Part shown: positions 1 through 10,628 of the stretch, one piece after another
Layout of the letters: each line of letters starts with the position of its first letter
Position numbering within the stretch: position 1 is the stretch's first letter
Source of the DNA: Bdellovibrionota bacterium
GTDB taxonomy: Bacteria > Bdellovibrionota_C > UBA2361 > JBIKUX01
Length of the DNA: 64,000 nucleotides
Direction: 5' to 3'
Assembly: GCA_044347345.1 (NCBI GenBank)
Contig: JBIKUX010000012.1
Span: 15,730-79,729, forward strand
Program-made: the position numbers and the translations under genes
The notes under the pieces: generated by a model
The model's input: only the letters and a program-made list of their open reading frames with translations
What the model was told of the DNA's origin: nothing
Databases searched by the model: none

Positions 1-858
1 AAACATTGGAGCGCTCAAACCCAAAATCCCTTTTGGTAAACAGTCGCATGCATATTTATATTCTAATTCTACTGCTTGCCTAATTTTAGCTACAAGATGA
101 TCCTTGAACTTGGGTGTCCAAAGATGTGGATTTTCCTCCTTGATACCATTTATTAGATCAATACCAAAGTTAAGATGAATAGTCTCATCACGTAAAATAT
201 ACTGAAATTGCTCCCCGATTCCTGTCATTTTATTTTGACGCAAAAATGATAATATCATTACGAAACCGCTGTAGAAGAAGATTCCCTCCATTATCACGTA
301 AAAGCCAACAAGATTTTCAAGAAATTTTTGAGCTCCCTCTGGGGTATCTGTAGAAAAATTTGGACTAAGAACATCAGCCGTGAGCTGCATCTCAAATTCA
401 TCCTTCGCATGAATAGAATTTACTTCATTATACATGTTAAAGACTTCACCCTCGTCAAGAGCTAGAGACTCAACTACATAATGAAACGTGTGTGTATGTA
501 CAGCTTCCTCAAAAGCCTGACGCAATAAGTACTGCCTGCACTCTGGATTTGTAATAAACTTAAAAATAGCTAGGGTTATATTATTACCTACTAAACTTTC
601 TGCAGTACTAAAAAAACCTAAATTCCTCATTATAACCAGTCGTTCAGCGTCACTGAGCTTATCTGATTTCCACAATTCAATATCTTTTGACATTGGTACC
701 TCGGTTGGTAGCCAATTATTGTTACAGCCATTTAAATAATGCTCCCATGCCCAATGATACTTTAATGGCATAAGCTGATTAACATCTACTTGGTTGGCAT
801 TAATTAATCTTTTACTCTGAGGATCTACTCTTAGTGAACGGCCCTTGATATTTGACAT
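1..858 (-). CDS. nrdB: Ribonucleotide reductase beta subunit (class Ic-type R2), 3'-truncated by window edge
   Basis: Not in ORF track; translated by hand from ATG at 858: [96 protein letters not shown]; directly downstream of nrdA. Confidence 0.96.
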   Translation of the reverse strand, partial: MSNIKGRSLRVDPQSKRLINANQVDVNQLMPLKYHWAWEHYLNGCNNNWLPTEVPMSKDIELWKSDKLSDAERLVIMRNLGFFSTAESLVGNNITLAIFKFITNPECRQYLLRQAFEEAVHTHTFHYVVESLALDEGEVFNMYNEVNSIHAKDEFEMQLTADVLSPNFSTDTPEGAQKFLENLVGFYVIMEGIFFYSGFVMILSFLRQNKMTGIGEQFQYILRDETIHLNFGIDLINGIKEENPHLWTPKFKDHLVAKIRQAVELEYKYACDCLPKGILGLSAPMF

Positions 859-912
859 AGTATTGTTCCTTTTTAAAAACAAATTGTTTGTATCTCGATA
901 AATTCAATTTAA

Positions 913-3900
913 TTATTGACAACTTTCACACTCACCATCCAAGTTACAAGACTTGCCTTCAGTCATTAAATAAGTAGTTGAAGCTACTTCATTACGCTCA
1001 ACTGTCACATTTGATGAAGCTGACTTGTTTTTCATCCAGCGAGGTTGTAACCCTCGCCTATTTATATCGGTGGTAGATTTTTCAATCTGAGTTGCCCCGA
1101 GAGATCTCAGATAGTAAGTAGTCTTTAATCCTCGTCGCCATGCAAGAAAATACATGTCATTAAGCTTTTTACCATTTGGCTCTGCAATATAAAGATTTAA
1201 CGATTGACCCATATCTATCCATTTTTGCCGACGACTAGCACATTCAATCAGCCACTCTGGTTCAATCTCAAAAGCACACTGGTATAATCTCTTTACATGA
1301 TCGGGAATCCGGTCAATCTCTTGGATAGAGCCATCAAAGTATTTGAGATCATCAATCATCTCTAAATCCCAAATACCAAGCCTTTTAAGTTCCCGCACCA
1401 GATGGTCATTATGAACTAAAAACTCTCCAGAAAGATTGGATTTTGAAAACAGATGTTTATACATCGGCTCAATAGACTGGGTAACTCCTGTTATATTAGA
1501 TATGGTTGCTGTTGGAGCTATAGCCATAGTATTACTGTTACGCATGCCGTATAAACGAACAGCCTCACGCACTTTATCCCAATCAAGCGTAGTGGTTGTA
1601 CTTACTTCGAGCCACTCCCCTCCTCTGTCCTCAATAAGTAAATCTAAAGTATCAATCGGCAATAATCCGCGATCCCACTTTGATCCCTTGTAAGTTGGAT
1701 AGGAACCTCGCTCTCTAGCAAGTTCAGTTGAGCCGAGTATGGCGTAGTACGAAATCATCTCCATACTTTTATCCGCAAATTCAACAGCCTCAGGACTGCT
1801 ATACGGAATATTCTGAACATATAGAGCATCTTGAAATCCCATCAAACCAAGACCAACCGGTCTATGACGAAGATTTGCATTCTTAGCCTCCTCAATCGGA
1901 TAGAAATTTAAATCAATTACGTTATCAAGCATCCGAATTGCTGTTTGCACACAACTCGAAAGTAATTTTTCGTCGATACCATCCTCTGAAACAAATTCAA
2001 CTAAATTGATAGAACCAAGATTACATACAGCTACTTCGTCATTTGAAGTATTTAAAAGAATCTCCGTACAGAGATTTGAACTGTGAACTACCCCAGTATG
2101 ATCTTGTGGCGAGCGAATATTAGAAGGATCTTTAAAAGTAATCCAAGGATGTCCAGTTTCAAATAACATACTTAACATCTTGCGCCATAACTGAATGGCT
2201 TCGATTCGCTTGAAAAGCTTGATAGTTCCTTCATCTGCCATTTTCTCATAGCAAATGTACTTTTCTTCAAATGATTTTCCGTATAAATCATGTAAGTCGG
2301 GTACATCACTTGGATTAAATAACGTCCAAGATCCGTTTTCTTGAACACGCTTCATGAATAGATCAGGAATCCAATTAGCAGTATTCATATCATGAGTACG
2401 CCGTCTTTCATCTCCCGTATTTTTACGCAATTCTAAAAAGTCTTCGATATCAAGATGCCACGTCTCAAGATAAGCACACATCGCTCCTTTACGTTTTCCA
2501 CCTTGATTAACTGCAACTGCCGTATCATTTGCTACTTTAAGGAAAGGAATTACTCCCTGACTTCTTCCATTAGTGCCTTTGATCCATGCTCCAGTTGCTC
2601 TCACATTTGTCCAATCATTACCAAGCCCGCCAGCCCACTTCGATAGTTGTGCATCATCAGATATTGACTTAAAAATATGGTGTAAATCATCCATCACAGT
2701 AGATAGATAACAGCTACTCATCTGAGAGTGGAGAGTACCTGAATTAAATAATGTTGGCGTGCTAGATACGAACTGAAACTGAGATAATATATTATAGAAC
2801 TGTATAGCACGAATATTACGATCTTCCCCCTCATTTAAGCTCAATCCCATCGCCACTCTCATCCAAAAATACTGTGGAGTTTCAAAACGACGCTCCTTTT
2901 CGTGGAGTAGGTATCTATCATAAAGAGTTTGTAATCCTAAGTACTGAAATTTTAAATCTCGCTCTAATACGATAGCGTCTGCTAAGGCATCGAGATCGAA
3001 ATCTTTTAAGTTTGGTGAAAGTCGCTCGTGACTTATACCAAATCGAATAGCTTCAGCGAATCCTCGCTTATGCAATGTAGAAAGATTAATATCATCAGCA
3101 GAGCACCCTATAGCCTCCCTGTATAGGGCATCCAGTAAAAGGCGAGCCGCAACATAAGAATAAGCCGGATCGAGTTCAATCTTCGCTCTAGCCGCCATGA
3201 TATTTGACGTATCTACCTCTTCCTCCCTTATTCCCTCGTAAAAATTACGTATTGAATCTTCAAGCACTTCTTCAGAGGAAACGGAATTTTCAAAATCTCG
3301 GCAAGCATGTTTGATCCGACTCCGAAGGAGAGATTCAGTTATGTGTGTGGTTGTGCCATCTTTAGCTGTAGCATTGAAAATTCTACCCTGTGCCTTAACA
3401 TCAGAAGCTTCTACCTTATTGCTTCCTTCAACCTGACTATTCTGTCCCTCTGAAGTTATCGCCTGAGTCAGTACTGCATGCTCTCTCAGTTCAGCTCTTT
3501 TCGACCGATAAAGGATGAAGCGCTTTGCCACCGCAAAAAACTTTTCATCCATTAGCTCCTTCTCTATCTCATCTTGGATTGTCTCTACACCAATTGTGCG
3601 TTGATCATCTGCAACATCCACACATCGAGATACAACTTTATTTGTAATAAGATTAACTGCAGAAACTACTCGCTCAACAGGAAAGTCTCCAGCCTGTTCA
3701 GAATTTAAAAACGCCGCCTCAACAGCAGCACCTATCTTCATCGGATTAAAGCGCACGACTGTCTTACCGTCCCGACGGATTACCTTTAGATTTTCAGGAG
3801 AATCATCACGTAAGGTCTTGTGGTGGTCTCTATATAAGATGTACGAACGAGCCACGTCATAGTAAGACAGCTCCATTAATTTTCTCTCAACGATATCCTG

Positions 3901-4296
3901 GATCTCCTCAACCGTAATGCTGGCAGAATTCTTTCGTGTAGAACCTGACTCCTCACTAAATCGATTTTTAATTGTAGCAACTACAAGATCAGCTACTTTC
4001 AAAACAGCCGTGTGGATATCTTGTGGAAGAGGAGCAGATGTGGGTACCGAGTGTACCTCTCGGAACGCTCCACTTATGGCGTTTATAACGCGCTCTAAAC
4101 GAAATGGTACAATAAGGCCATTTCGCTTAACTACCGTGACTCTAGCTAACGCTGAATCTAAACGACCAACAACAGTTAAGTTTGCCGAGACTTCTCCCAC
4201 TAGCGAAGGGTCGTTCTGCTTTACCTCAAACTGAGCCTCGACTCTAGTTATTGACTCTGCTTTCGCTCGGTTGTGAACGGCTAACTTTTTCATCAT
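913..4296 (-). CDS. nrdA: Ribonucleotide reductase alpha subunit with multiple N-terminal ATP-cones
   Basis: [35 protein letters not shown]-terminal CESC; ATP-cone starts VVKRNG, VIRRDG and degenerate TAKDG. Confidence 0.97.
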   Translation of the reverse strand: MMKKLAVHNRAKAESITRVEAQFEVKQNDPSLVGEVSANLTVVGRLDSALARVTVVKRNGLIVPFRLERVINAISGAFREVHSVPTSAPLPQDIHTAVLKVADLVVATIKNRFSEESGSTRKNSASITVEEIQDIVERKLMELSYYDVARSYILYRDHHKTLRDDSPENLKVIRRDGKTVVRFNPMKIGAAVEAAFLNSEQAGDFPVERVVSAVNLITNKVVSRCVDVADDQRTIGVETIQDEIEKELMDEKFFAVAKRFILYRSKRAELREHAVLTQAITSEGQNSQVEGSNKVEASDVKAQGRIFNATAKDGTTTHITESLLRSRIKHACRDFENSVSSEEVLEDSIRNFYEGIREEEVDTSNIMAARAKIELDPAYSYVAARLLLDALYREAIGCSADDINLSTLHKRGFAEAIRFGISHERLSPNLKDFDLDALADAIVLERDLKFQYLGLQTLYDRYLLHEKERRFETPQYFWMRVAMGLSLNEGEDRNIRAIQFYNILSQFQFVSSTPTLFNSGTLHSQMSSCYLSTVMDDLHHIFKSISDDAQLSKWAGGLGNDWTNVRATGAWIKGTNGRSQGVIPFLKVANDTAVAVNQGGKRKGAMCAYLETWHLDIEDFLELRKNTGDERRRTHDMNTANWIPDLFMKRVQENGSWTLFNPSDVPDLHDLYGKSFEEKYICYEKMADEGTIKLFKRIEAIQLWRKMLSMLFETGHPWITFKDPSNIRSPQDHTGVVHSSNLCTEILLNTSNDEVAVCNLGSINLVEFVSEDGIDEKLLSSCVQTAIRMLDNVIDLNFYPIEEAKNANLRHRPVGLGLMGFQDALYVQNIPYSSPEAVEFADKSMEMISYYAILGSTELARERGSYPTYKGSKWDRGLLPIDTLDLLIEDRGGEWLEVSTTTTLDWDKVREAVRLYGMRNSNTMAIAPTATISNITGVTQSIEPMYKHLFSKSNLSGEFLVHNDHLVRELKRLGIWDLEMIDDLKYFDGSIQEIDRIPDHVKRLYQCAFEIEPEWLIECASRRQKWIDMGQSLNLYIAEPNGKKLNDMYFLAWRRGLKTTYYLRSLGATQIEKSTTDINRRGLQPRWMKNKSASSNVTVERNEVASTTYLMTEGKSCNLDGECESCQ

Positions 4297-4362
4297 TATC
4301 TTTCCCGCTGTACGGAACCTATCATCATTATTTTTGTATTTTTGTTCTATAATAAAGCTTTA

Positions 4363-4411
4363 ACACAATATCTTGTGGTTACTTTACCAGTAGAGCCCCA
4401 ATATATGGGGT
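4363..4411. promoter_or_regulatory. Tandem NrdR boxes
   Basis: ACACAATATCTTGTGG (4363-4378) and CCCCAATATATGGGGT (4396-4411) fit acaCwAtATaTwGtgt, 33 bp start-to-start, upstream of nrdA. Confidence 0.8.
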
Positions 4412-4647
4412 TTATCAAGAATCTGTAAATTGTAGGAATAGAAAATAGATAAAAAAATTACAAAAAAGATATATCAACTAGGTAAGCTACTGAAAACCAT
4501 TTGTTTCATTTTAATCAAACCTTGGTTTAATAATACGCGCTCAAAAATTATCCAGTGGCGATGCGTGAGTTCCTATGAAGCAACACTTATTTTCTGCCGA
4601 CCCAAAACAAAGCTAGAAGTTTTTTCCTAAAAGGTACTTTAAGTAAA

Positions 4648-5817
4648 ATGGAGCAAAGCATTACAGACACAAGGGGTTCAGATCTTAATCTTACATTTAT
4701 GTTTTTAAATCATCTAAATGCAGGATTTCAAGCTTCATACATTGGATTAAGATTTCTTCGCGATTGTGGTTCAACAGCTATTTCTGACCAATATTTCACC
4801 TATCCAGTGTCAATGCTTGGAAAAATTAGTGGCTGGATTATTGAACTAAGTCGTCAAAAACCTCTATTAGAAATCAAGTGGACAGAACCACAAAGCAATG
4901 ATGCTAAAGAAGCTTTCAGCGCGCTTGATACGCTCAAAACAGATCTCATAAATTGGCAAGCAGAACTTAATCGTATTTTTCTCAAAGTTTCATCGGATAT
5001 TAGTGATGAAGATATTCGTATCATAATTTCACAATACGCCAGATGCACTTACGCACAAGCGTATTTTCTGCGAGGGCTACTTTTCTTTGGCAAAGCGCTT
5101 GGTGCCGAACAAACTGTTGATGAATTAAGTAAATTGGCACCTAATGCTGACGCCGACTTAAACACCACACATAAACTACTTCAATCATTTAAAGAAAATC
5201 CAAAAGATAATGACCTTCGTAAATATACGCGTGAGATCGCGCATGAAATACCCCTTCGTTTTGCAGCTCAAATTCACGACATAAATATACTTCTATCCAC
5301 TTATGACAACGGTTTTACCTACGAGCGAGCCGGAGTACCAAACGATGAAATACCGCTTTGGGCTTCAAGAGGCTTTCAACCTGTACTAACTAGTTACTGG
5401 AGGTCTAATGGCTTTTCTGCTAATGAGGCTGAAGCATGGCATAAAGCTGGTGTACAGAATGCTGTACTAGCTCGAGAGTGGAGAAGACACGCATTTACAC
5501 CAGAAACTGCTGTGGCTTGGATATTAGCAAATGTGAATCCCATCGAGGCGAGCAAGAGAACTGCCAATGGCGAAAAGCCACCACAACCAAATACATCAAC
5601 TTATTCATCTGTTTTATCTGATATAAACAACGATATCACGACAGGGGAATCAATTAATTTAGATCTACTACTAAGTGATGATCAAAAAAAGTTATCTGAT
5701 GAGAGCAAACAGCCTCTTCCGTTCATGGATAAAAATTTACAAGGTGAAAAAAATATATTAACGCGACTACAAACAACCTCTGGACAAATAATTAGTGGAA
5801 AAAAGATTCAACAATAA
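4648..5817 (+). CDS. Hypothetical protein with 13-aa Trp-periodic repeats
   Basis: 389-aa ORF; Y225/W238/W251/W264/W278/W291 periodicity; no recognised family. Confidence 0.7.
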   Translation: MEQSITDTRGSDLNLTFMFLNHLNAGFQASYIGLRFLRDCGSTAISDQYFTYPVSMLGKISGWIIELSRQKPLLEIKWTEPQSNDAKEAFSALDTLKTDLINWQAELNRIFLKVSSDISDEDIRIIISQYARCTYAQAYFLRGLLFFGKALGAEQTVDELSKLAPNADADLNTTHKLLQSFKENPKDNDLRKYTREIAHEIPLRFAAQIHDINILLSTYDNGFTYERAGVPNDEIPLWASRGFQPVLTSYWRSNGFSANEAEAWHKAGVQNAVLAREWRRHAFTPETAVAWILANVNPIEASKRTANGEKPPQPNTSTYSSVLSDINNDITTGESINLDLLLSDDQKKLSDESKQPLPFMDKNLQGEKNILTRLQTTSGQIISGKKIQQ

Positions 5818-5914
5818 CTGCAAAAAATGAGGCACCAAATTTACGATTAACTTGTATTTCACGAAAGATTCTGCAAAGGATAAGAGAATGATAAATTTAT
5901 AGTATAAAGGCGCA

Positions 5915-6268
5915 GTGGAACAAATTTCTGAATCTTTAATAACAATCGAACATTTTGCGCAAGTTGATCTACGAGTTGGGATAATAACATCAGCTGAGCC
6001 AATTTCTTCTTCAAAAAAGCTTCTTAAACTACAAGTTGATATAGGTGAAAAAACAGGTTCACGACAAATATTAGCAGGTATTGCAAAGTATTATAGCCCT
6101 CAAGATTTAATTGGTCGCCGTGTGGTGATAGTAGCTAACTTATCTCCTGCTACTTTGGCGGGCGAAACAAGCAATGGTATGGTGTTAGCTGGTGCCAGTG
6201 TAGACCGAGCGGTTCTAGAACTTATGTTACCTGGGGAATCTCTTCCTATCGGCGCTCGAGTTATGTAA
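5915..6268 (+). CDS. tRNA-binding OB-fold protein (Trbp111/CsaA/MetRS C-terminal type)
   Basis: FAQVDLRVG, KLLKLQVDIG, RQILAGIA, VANL.P..L.G..SNGMVL. Confidence 0.9.
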   Translation: MEQISESLITIEHFAQVDLRVGIITSAEPISSSKKLLKLQVDIGEKTGSRQILAGIAKYYSPQDLIGRRVVIVANLSPATLAGETSNGMVLAGASVDRAVLELMLPGESLPIGARVM

Positions 6269-6301
6269 ATTTTGTGTCTTACCTTTTTAATTAAAACTCT
6301 G

Positions 6302-7081
6302 ATGAATCATAATTTTATTGATTCTCACATTCATCTTGATGCGCCAGCTTACGAACAAGATAGAAACCTAGTAATTGACAGAGCTCTAAAAGCTGGAGTC
6401 TCGCAACTTATCACCATTGGCGCGGGATATGGAGTTGAGTCTGCCAGACGCGCTACCGAAATTGCGGCCAACAACGCTTTTGTATGGGCAACGGTAGGAG
6501 TTCATCCGCATGATGCATCACAGGAAATGTCGATGCTGGAGTTAAAAATCCTCGCCGAACATCCTAAAGTAATTGCAATTGGTGAAACCGGCCTTGATTT
6601 TGTTAAAGACCTATCCGACAAAAAAGATCAATATTCCGTATTTGAGCAACAGATAGCCTTAGCTAAAGAATGTAAAAAGCCCTTAATTATTCATTCAAGA
6701 GGCGCCGGAGAGGAGTGCCTTCAAATTCTAAAGACAAATAATGCGGATAAAGTTGGAGGAGTATTTCATTGCTTCGCCGAAGATGCCTCGTTTGCCGAAA
6801 GACTTTTAAGTTTAAATTTTCTAGTATCCTTTGGTGGTATCTTAACTTTTAAAAACGCCAAAAATGTCAGAGCTGCCGCAACTTCCATTCCCTTAGAGCA
6901 GATTATACTCGAAACTGATGGACCCTTTTTAGCGCCAGAGCCTTATCGAGGCAAAAGATGTGAAAGTTCCTATATTACCATCATTGCCCAACAGCTTGCA
7001 GCAATAAAAAACGTAGATGTTGAGGAAGTTGCCCATGTAACTTTTGAGTCAACAAGAAAGTTGTTTCAATTGCCAATATGA
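6302..7081 (+). CDS. tatD: TatD family nuclease
   Basis: IDSHIH, GVHPH, IGETGLD, IIHSR, FHCF, ETDGPFLAP; ATG at 6302 preferred over TTG at 6272. Confidence 0.95.
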   Translation: MNHNFIDSHIHLDAPAYEQDRNLVIDRALKAGVSQLITIGAGYGVESARRATEIAANNAFVWATVGVHPHDASQEMSMLELKILAEHPKVIAIGETGLDFVKDLSDKKDQYSVFEQQIALAKECKKPLIIHSRGAGEECLQILKTNNADKVGGVFHCFAEDASFAERLLSLNFLVSFGGILTFKNAKNVRAAATSIPLEQIILETDGPFLAPEPYRGKRCESSYITIIAQQLAAIKNVDVEEVAHVTFESTRKLFQLPI

Positions 7082-7935
7082 ACAAGATAGAGCCATTGCT
7101 ACAGACATCTCAATTAACCGTTAAAGCTGTCCTCTACGGTTATTTGCGTCTAGATGGAGGGGCGATGTTTGGGCCTGTTCCTAAAACTTTATGGAGTAAA
7201 AAAGTACCCGCGGATGAACAAAATCGCATCCTCCTCGCAATGAGAGGTCTGCTGATAGAGACCCATCTTCAGAAAATTTTAATTGATTGCGGTGCTGGTA
7301 ATTGGTGGGATAAAAAACGGCAAGATATTTATGGAATAAAATATTTGCCCCTTCCAATTAATGCAAAGGATATAACTGACATTGTAATATCTCATCTTCA
7401 CTTTGACCACGCAGGCGGTCTAGTAAAACGTGCATCAGATGGGCACCTTCAGGCCTTATTTCCTCAAGCTACGGTGCATTTACAAAAAGCTAATTGGGAA
7501 AATGCATGTAATCCACATAGGCGAGAGCAAGAAAGTTATCTCATAGAAGTGATTAATTGCGTCCGGAATTATCGATTAAATTTGATTGATGGAAGTGCAA
7601 ATCTCTTTCCTTTTTTATCCGTAGTACCTGCTAATGGTCATACCACAGGTCAACAGATGGTAAAAATAGAAGAAAAAAATACGACAATTTGGTTTGCTGG
7701 CGATGTTATTCCCACTATTAATCATCTTCATCCGGCCTACCACATGGGCTATGACATGTGTGCTAAATCAGGCCTTGCAGAAAAATATTGGCTACTTGAG
7801 CAAGTTGCAAACGATAAAGCTTGGCTTGCATTACCTCATGATACTGACTTAGCTGCTGTTCGTATTGACCCTGTAAACAGCCTTTCTAAATCTTCATCTG
7901 AACAGAATAAATACACAGTAGTTAAAAAGCTTTAA
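7078..7935 (+). CDS. MBL-fold metallo-hydrolase
   Basis: LDGGAMFG..PK..W, SHLHFDHAGG, GHT.G, AGD, terminal HD. Confidence 0.92.
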   Translation: MNKIEPLLQTSQLTVKAVLYGYLRLDGGAMFGPVPKTLWSKKVPADEQNRILLAMRGLLIETHLQKILIDCGAGNWWDKKRQDIYGIKYLPLPINAKDITDIVISHLHFDHAGGLVKRASDGHLQALFPQATVHLQKANWENACNPHRREQESYLIEVINCVRNYRLNLIDGSANLFPFLSVVPANGHTTGQQMVKIEEKNTTIWFAGDVIPTINHLHPAYHMGYDMCAKSGLAEKYWLLEQVANDKAWLALPHDTDLAAVRIDPVNSLSKSSSEQNKYTVVKKL

Positions 7936-8031
7936 TCGAATAAGCTACTGCTAGGTTACTCTATCTTGCAAACGTTGTTAATCGTTGTACATTTTTAGAT
8001 TATGCCACTAATTTTAGTTACGTTTGTGGGT

Positions 8032-8817
8032 TCAGTCTGGCCCCCCTCTCACTCCCAGCCGGTTAATACTGGGCAAACTAAATAACACTTGTAATATGTT
8101 ACCCGTATCAAGGGTATAATCGTCTGGGGGCGTTAACAATACCGTTAATTCAGTGAAGCTCATGACCTGCTCCTTAATGCTACTGTCATTTTGAAAGCAT
8201 CGAATGAATAACTCTAGAATTTTGTTAATTAATTGCGAATCTGGTAATTGGTAAAGAGCGAATTCAAATACATTATTCTGTTTATCATCCGGATTGCAAT
8301 TACTTTGAGGGTAGTTCCTTTTAATTGACTCAAAAGCCCGTATAAAGTAATCTCCATATATAGACGCAGCTGTCAAGCAGTTAAGAATGCTTGGGTTGAT
8401 CTTAAACCGTCCATTTTCTTCGTTTGTAGAATTATACGGTCGCACGTGCTTTAAATTGTCTTGTACTTCCCAATCCAATGTATTTTTTTCTTTTCCACTT
8501 GAGATATTAAATTCTACCGCTTGTGCCAGAACTGTGAGCCAAATGGGATAAATGTTGCATAAAATCTTACGGTCTCCTACTTTTGTAGGATACAACGAAC
8601 CATTGCCTAAAACAAAAAAAAGCTCAGCGGCATTACCAGCCACTTTGACACATTCATTAAACGATTGGCCATTCACTTGGTGATAAGAGTTTTTGGCTTG
8701 TCTACTCCGTAAAAAGTCCAGAGCTCGTAGGATTAAACTAACCGTCTGGCGACTGTCACTGTCGGAAATACTGCCTGGCGGTGTGTTATTGGTACTACTT
8801 GGTTGAGTCGTTAACAT
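8032..8817 (-). CDS. Hypothetical protein
   Basis: 261-aa ORF filling an intergenic gap; no recognisable motif. Confidence 0.55.
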   Translation of the reverse strand: MLTTQPSSTNNTPPGSISDSDSRQTVSLILRALDFLRSRQAKNSYHQVNGQSFNECVKVAGNAAELFFVLGNGSLYPTKVGDRKILCNIYPIWLTVLAQAVEFNISSGKEKNTLDWEVQDNLKHVRPYNSTNEENGRFKINPSILNCLTAASIYGDYFIRAFESIKRNYPQSNCNPDDKQNNVFEFALYQLPDSQLINKILELFIRCFQNDSSIKEQVMSFTELTVLLTPPDDYTLDTGNILQVLFSLPSINRLGVRGGPD

Positions 8818-8843
8818 AACATAGTTATACTAACTATGTTATG
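8815..8843. repeat. Perfect 13-bp inverted repeat
   Basis: CATAACATAGTTA-tac-TAACTATGTTATG. Confidence 0.9.
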
Positions 8844-8923
8844 GAATAAGCAAGTCTTTCAAATAAATTTTACTGAGTATAACGTGAGATAAAGAGAACT
8901 AACTAATATTAGGCAAAAAAACT

Positions 8924-9976
8924 ATGCCTTTTACTAATACTCCACATAAATTTTACCTTTCTAGTGAGCCTTTATTTAACAGTAACTCACTTAGTTACCA
9001 ACGCCCATCTAAGGCACTATGTTGGTACACTTGGACAGTAGTAATAGCTGTTCTGCTACTTATCTTTAAAGGAGCTCTCGTTACAAGCCATAATGCTGGA
9101 CTCGCCGTACCTGATTGGCCTACAACATTTGGTGAAAACATGTTTCTTTATCCATATCGATTATGGATTGGGGGCGTATTCTACGAACATGGGCACCGAG
9201 TTCTTGCATCTGTGATAGGGGTTTTAACAGTAGTTCTCTCTATGTGGCTTTGGCTAAAACCACCAAGTTTTATTTTGAAAATTTTAGGATGCGCTGCTTT
9301 TGGCATAGTATGCTTACAAGGAACATTAGGTGGCCTTACCGTTATCTACCAACTCCCAGATATTATTTCTATCGCACATGGTATTTTAGGCCAAACATTT
9401 TTTTTAGTTACTATTACTATAGCTTTTTTAACTAACGAAATACGAAAAGAAAATTCTATTAATAGCTCATTATCTACAAAGATATCCGTGTCATACATAG
9501 GCTGCTTTGCCACAGCGACACTATACCTTCAGCTACTACTTGGAGCCATGACGAGACACGGAGAGGCAGGTCTAGCTGTACTTGACTTTCCAACAATTGG
9601 AGGAAGCTACATTCCCCTCTTTAATTCAACAATGATGGAAGCAATTAACCAACTGCGTGAAGCAAAATTCATGGCGCCAGTATCAGTTTATCAAGTAACT
9701 TGTCATGTCCTACATCGCTTTGGAGCAATAATTGTAGCTGGGATGCTTTGCTATTTTGCGACGAAGACTCTAACTCAAAACCCTAAAATGTTAATGCCTG
9801 CTTTCTGGGTTCTCATCCTAACTTTAGTACAAATAGTTCTTGGGATAGCCACAATACTCAGTGGACGTCAGCCGTTAATTACAAGTTTTCATGTTTTAAC
9901 AGGAGCAATATTGCTCGGTTTAACTTGGTGGCTTACTCTCAGCACACCGAGTCAACAGCAAAAAAACCCTACTTAG
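8924..9976 (+). CDS. ctaA: Heme A synthase (COX15/CtaA family)
   Basis: About 8 TM helices; AGLAVPDWP, EHGHR, QG.LGG, HG, H.LHR, terminal His; two internally similar halves. Confidence 0.88.
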   Translation: MPFTNTPHKFYLSSEPLFNSNSLSYQRPSKALCWYTWTVVIAVLLLIFKGALVTSHNAGLAVPDWPTTFGENMFLYPYRLWIGGVFYEHGHRVLASVIGVLTVVLSMWLWLKPPSFILKILGCAAFGIVCLQGTLGGLTVIYQLPDIISIAHGILGQTFFLVTITIAFLTNEIRKENSINSSLSTKISVSYIGCFATATLYLQLLLGAMTRHGEAGLAVLDFPTIGGSYIPLFNSTMMEAINQLREAKFMAPVSVYQVTCHVLHRFGAIIVAGMLCYFATKTLTQNPKMLMPAFWVLILTLVQIVLGIATILSGRQPLITSFHVLTGAILLGLTWWLTLSTPSQQQKNPT

Positions 9977-9998
9977 ACTTCAATACGACAGAGAACCC

Positions 9999-10628
9999 TT
10001 GAAACAGAAGACCTCACACGATTTAGATCAATCTTTGGAAAAACAAACTTCCTTTGCAATTAAAAACGAAGAGATTCCAGTAAAAATCCTGAAGGAAGAA
10101 TGCCGGTCTCAATTTGGGCATCTCACCGTAATTTCAGAAGAGATTCTCCTAAAGAATAATACCGTAAAAAGTTTTCATATAATCGACCATCCGGGTGCCG
10201 TAGTAATTATCCCCGAGATTACTAAAGATAAGTTTCTGTTAATCAAACAATATCGCCACTCGATTAGAAAATGGATTTATGAGTTCCCAGCAGGAACACT
10301 TTCTCAATATGAAAGTCCGGCGCAATGTGCTAGGAGAGAACTTGAAGAAGAGACAGGATATCAATGTCAAAATTTAATCTCTCTAGGAGAGATTTTACCA
10401 GCCCCTGGATTTTGTAATGAAATCCAGTATGGCTTTGTGGCTAAAAATCTCACCCCTACCGGTGACAGCGCTCATAATCACGCTACAAAGGATGAAGATG
10501 AATATATCGAAGTAGAAGAATTTTCCTTACAAAAAATTTTAAATCTTGCCCGCGATGGCCTTCTACAAGACGCTAAATCGTTAGCCTTCCTTTTAAAGCT
10601 TGAGTTAAGTAAGAATTACGCAGCTTAA
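9999..10628 (+). CDS. NUDIX hydrolase (ADP-ribose pyrophosphatase-like)
   Basis: HPGAV, QYR, EFPAG, Nudix box G....ESP..CARRELEEETGY, PG, DEDE, DAK. Confidence 0.92.
   Translation: MKQKTSHDLDQSLEKQTSFAIKNEEIPVKILKEECRSQFGHLTVISEEILLKNNTVKSFHIIDHPGAVVIIPEITKDKFLLIKQYRHSIRKWIYEFPAGTLSQYESPAQCARRELEEETGYQCQNLISLGEILPAPGFCNEIQYGFVAKNLTPTGDSAHNHATKDEDEYIEVEEFSLQKILNLARDGLLQDAKSLAFLLKLELSKNYAA

Noticed and set aside
5915-6268. Truncated metG pseudogene
   Set aside because: Complete stand-alone OB-fold of normal Trbp111/CsaA size; the upstream ORF is unrelated to MetRS.
8809-8835. Chromosomal dif site
   Set aside because: Spacer is 5 bp rather than 6, and I see no obvious strand-composition switch across it by eye; kept only as a palindrome finding.
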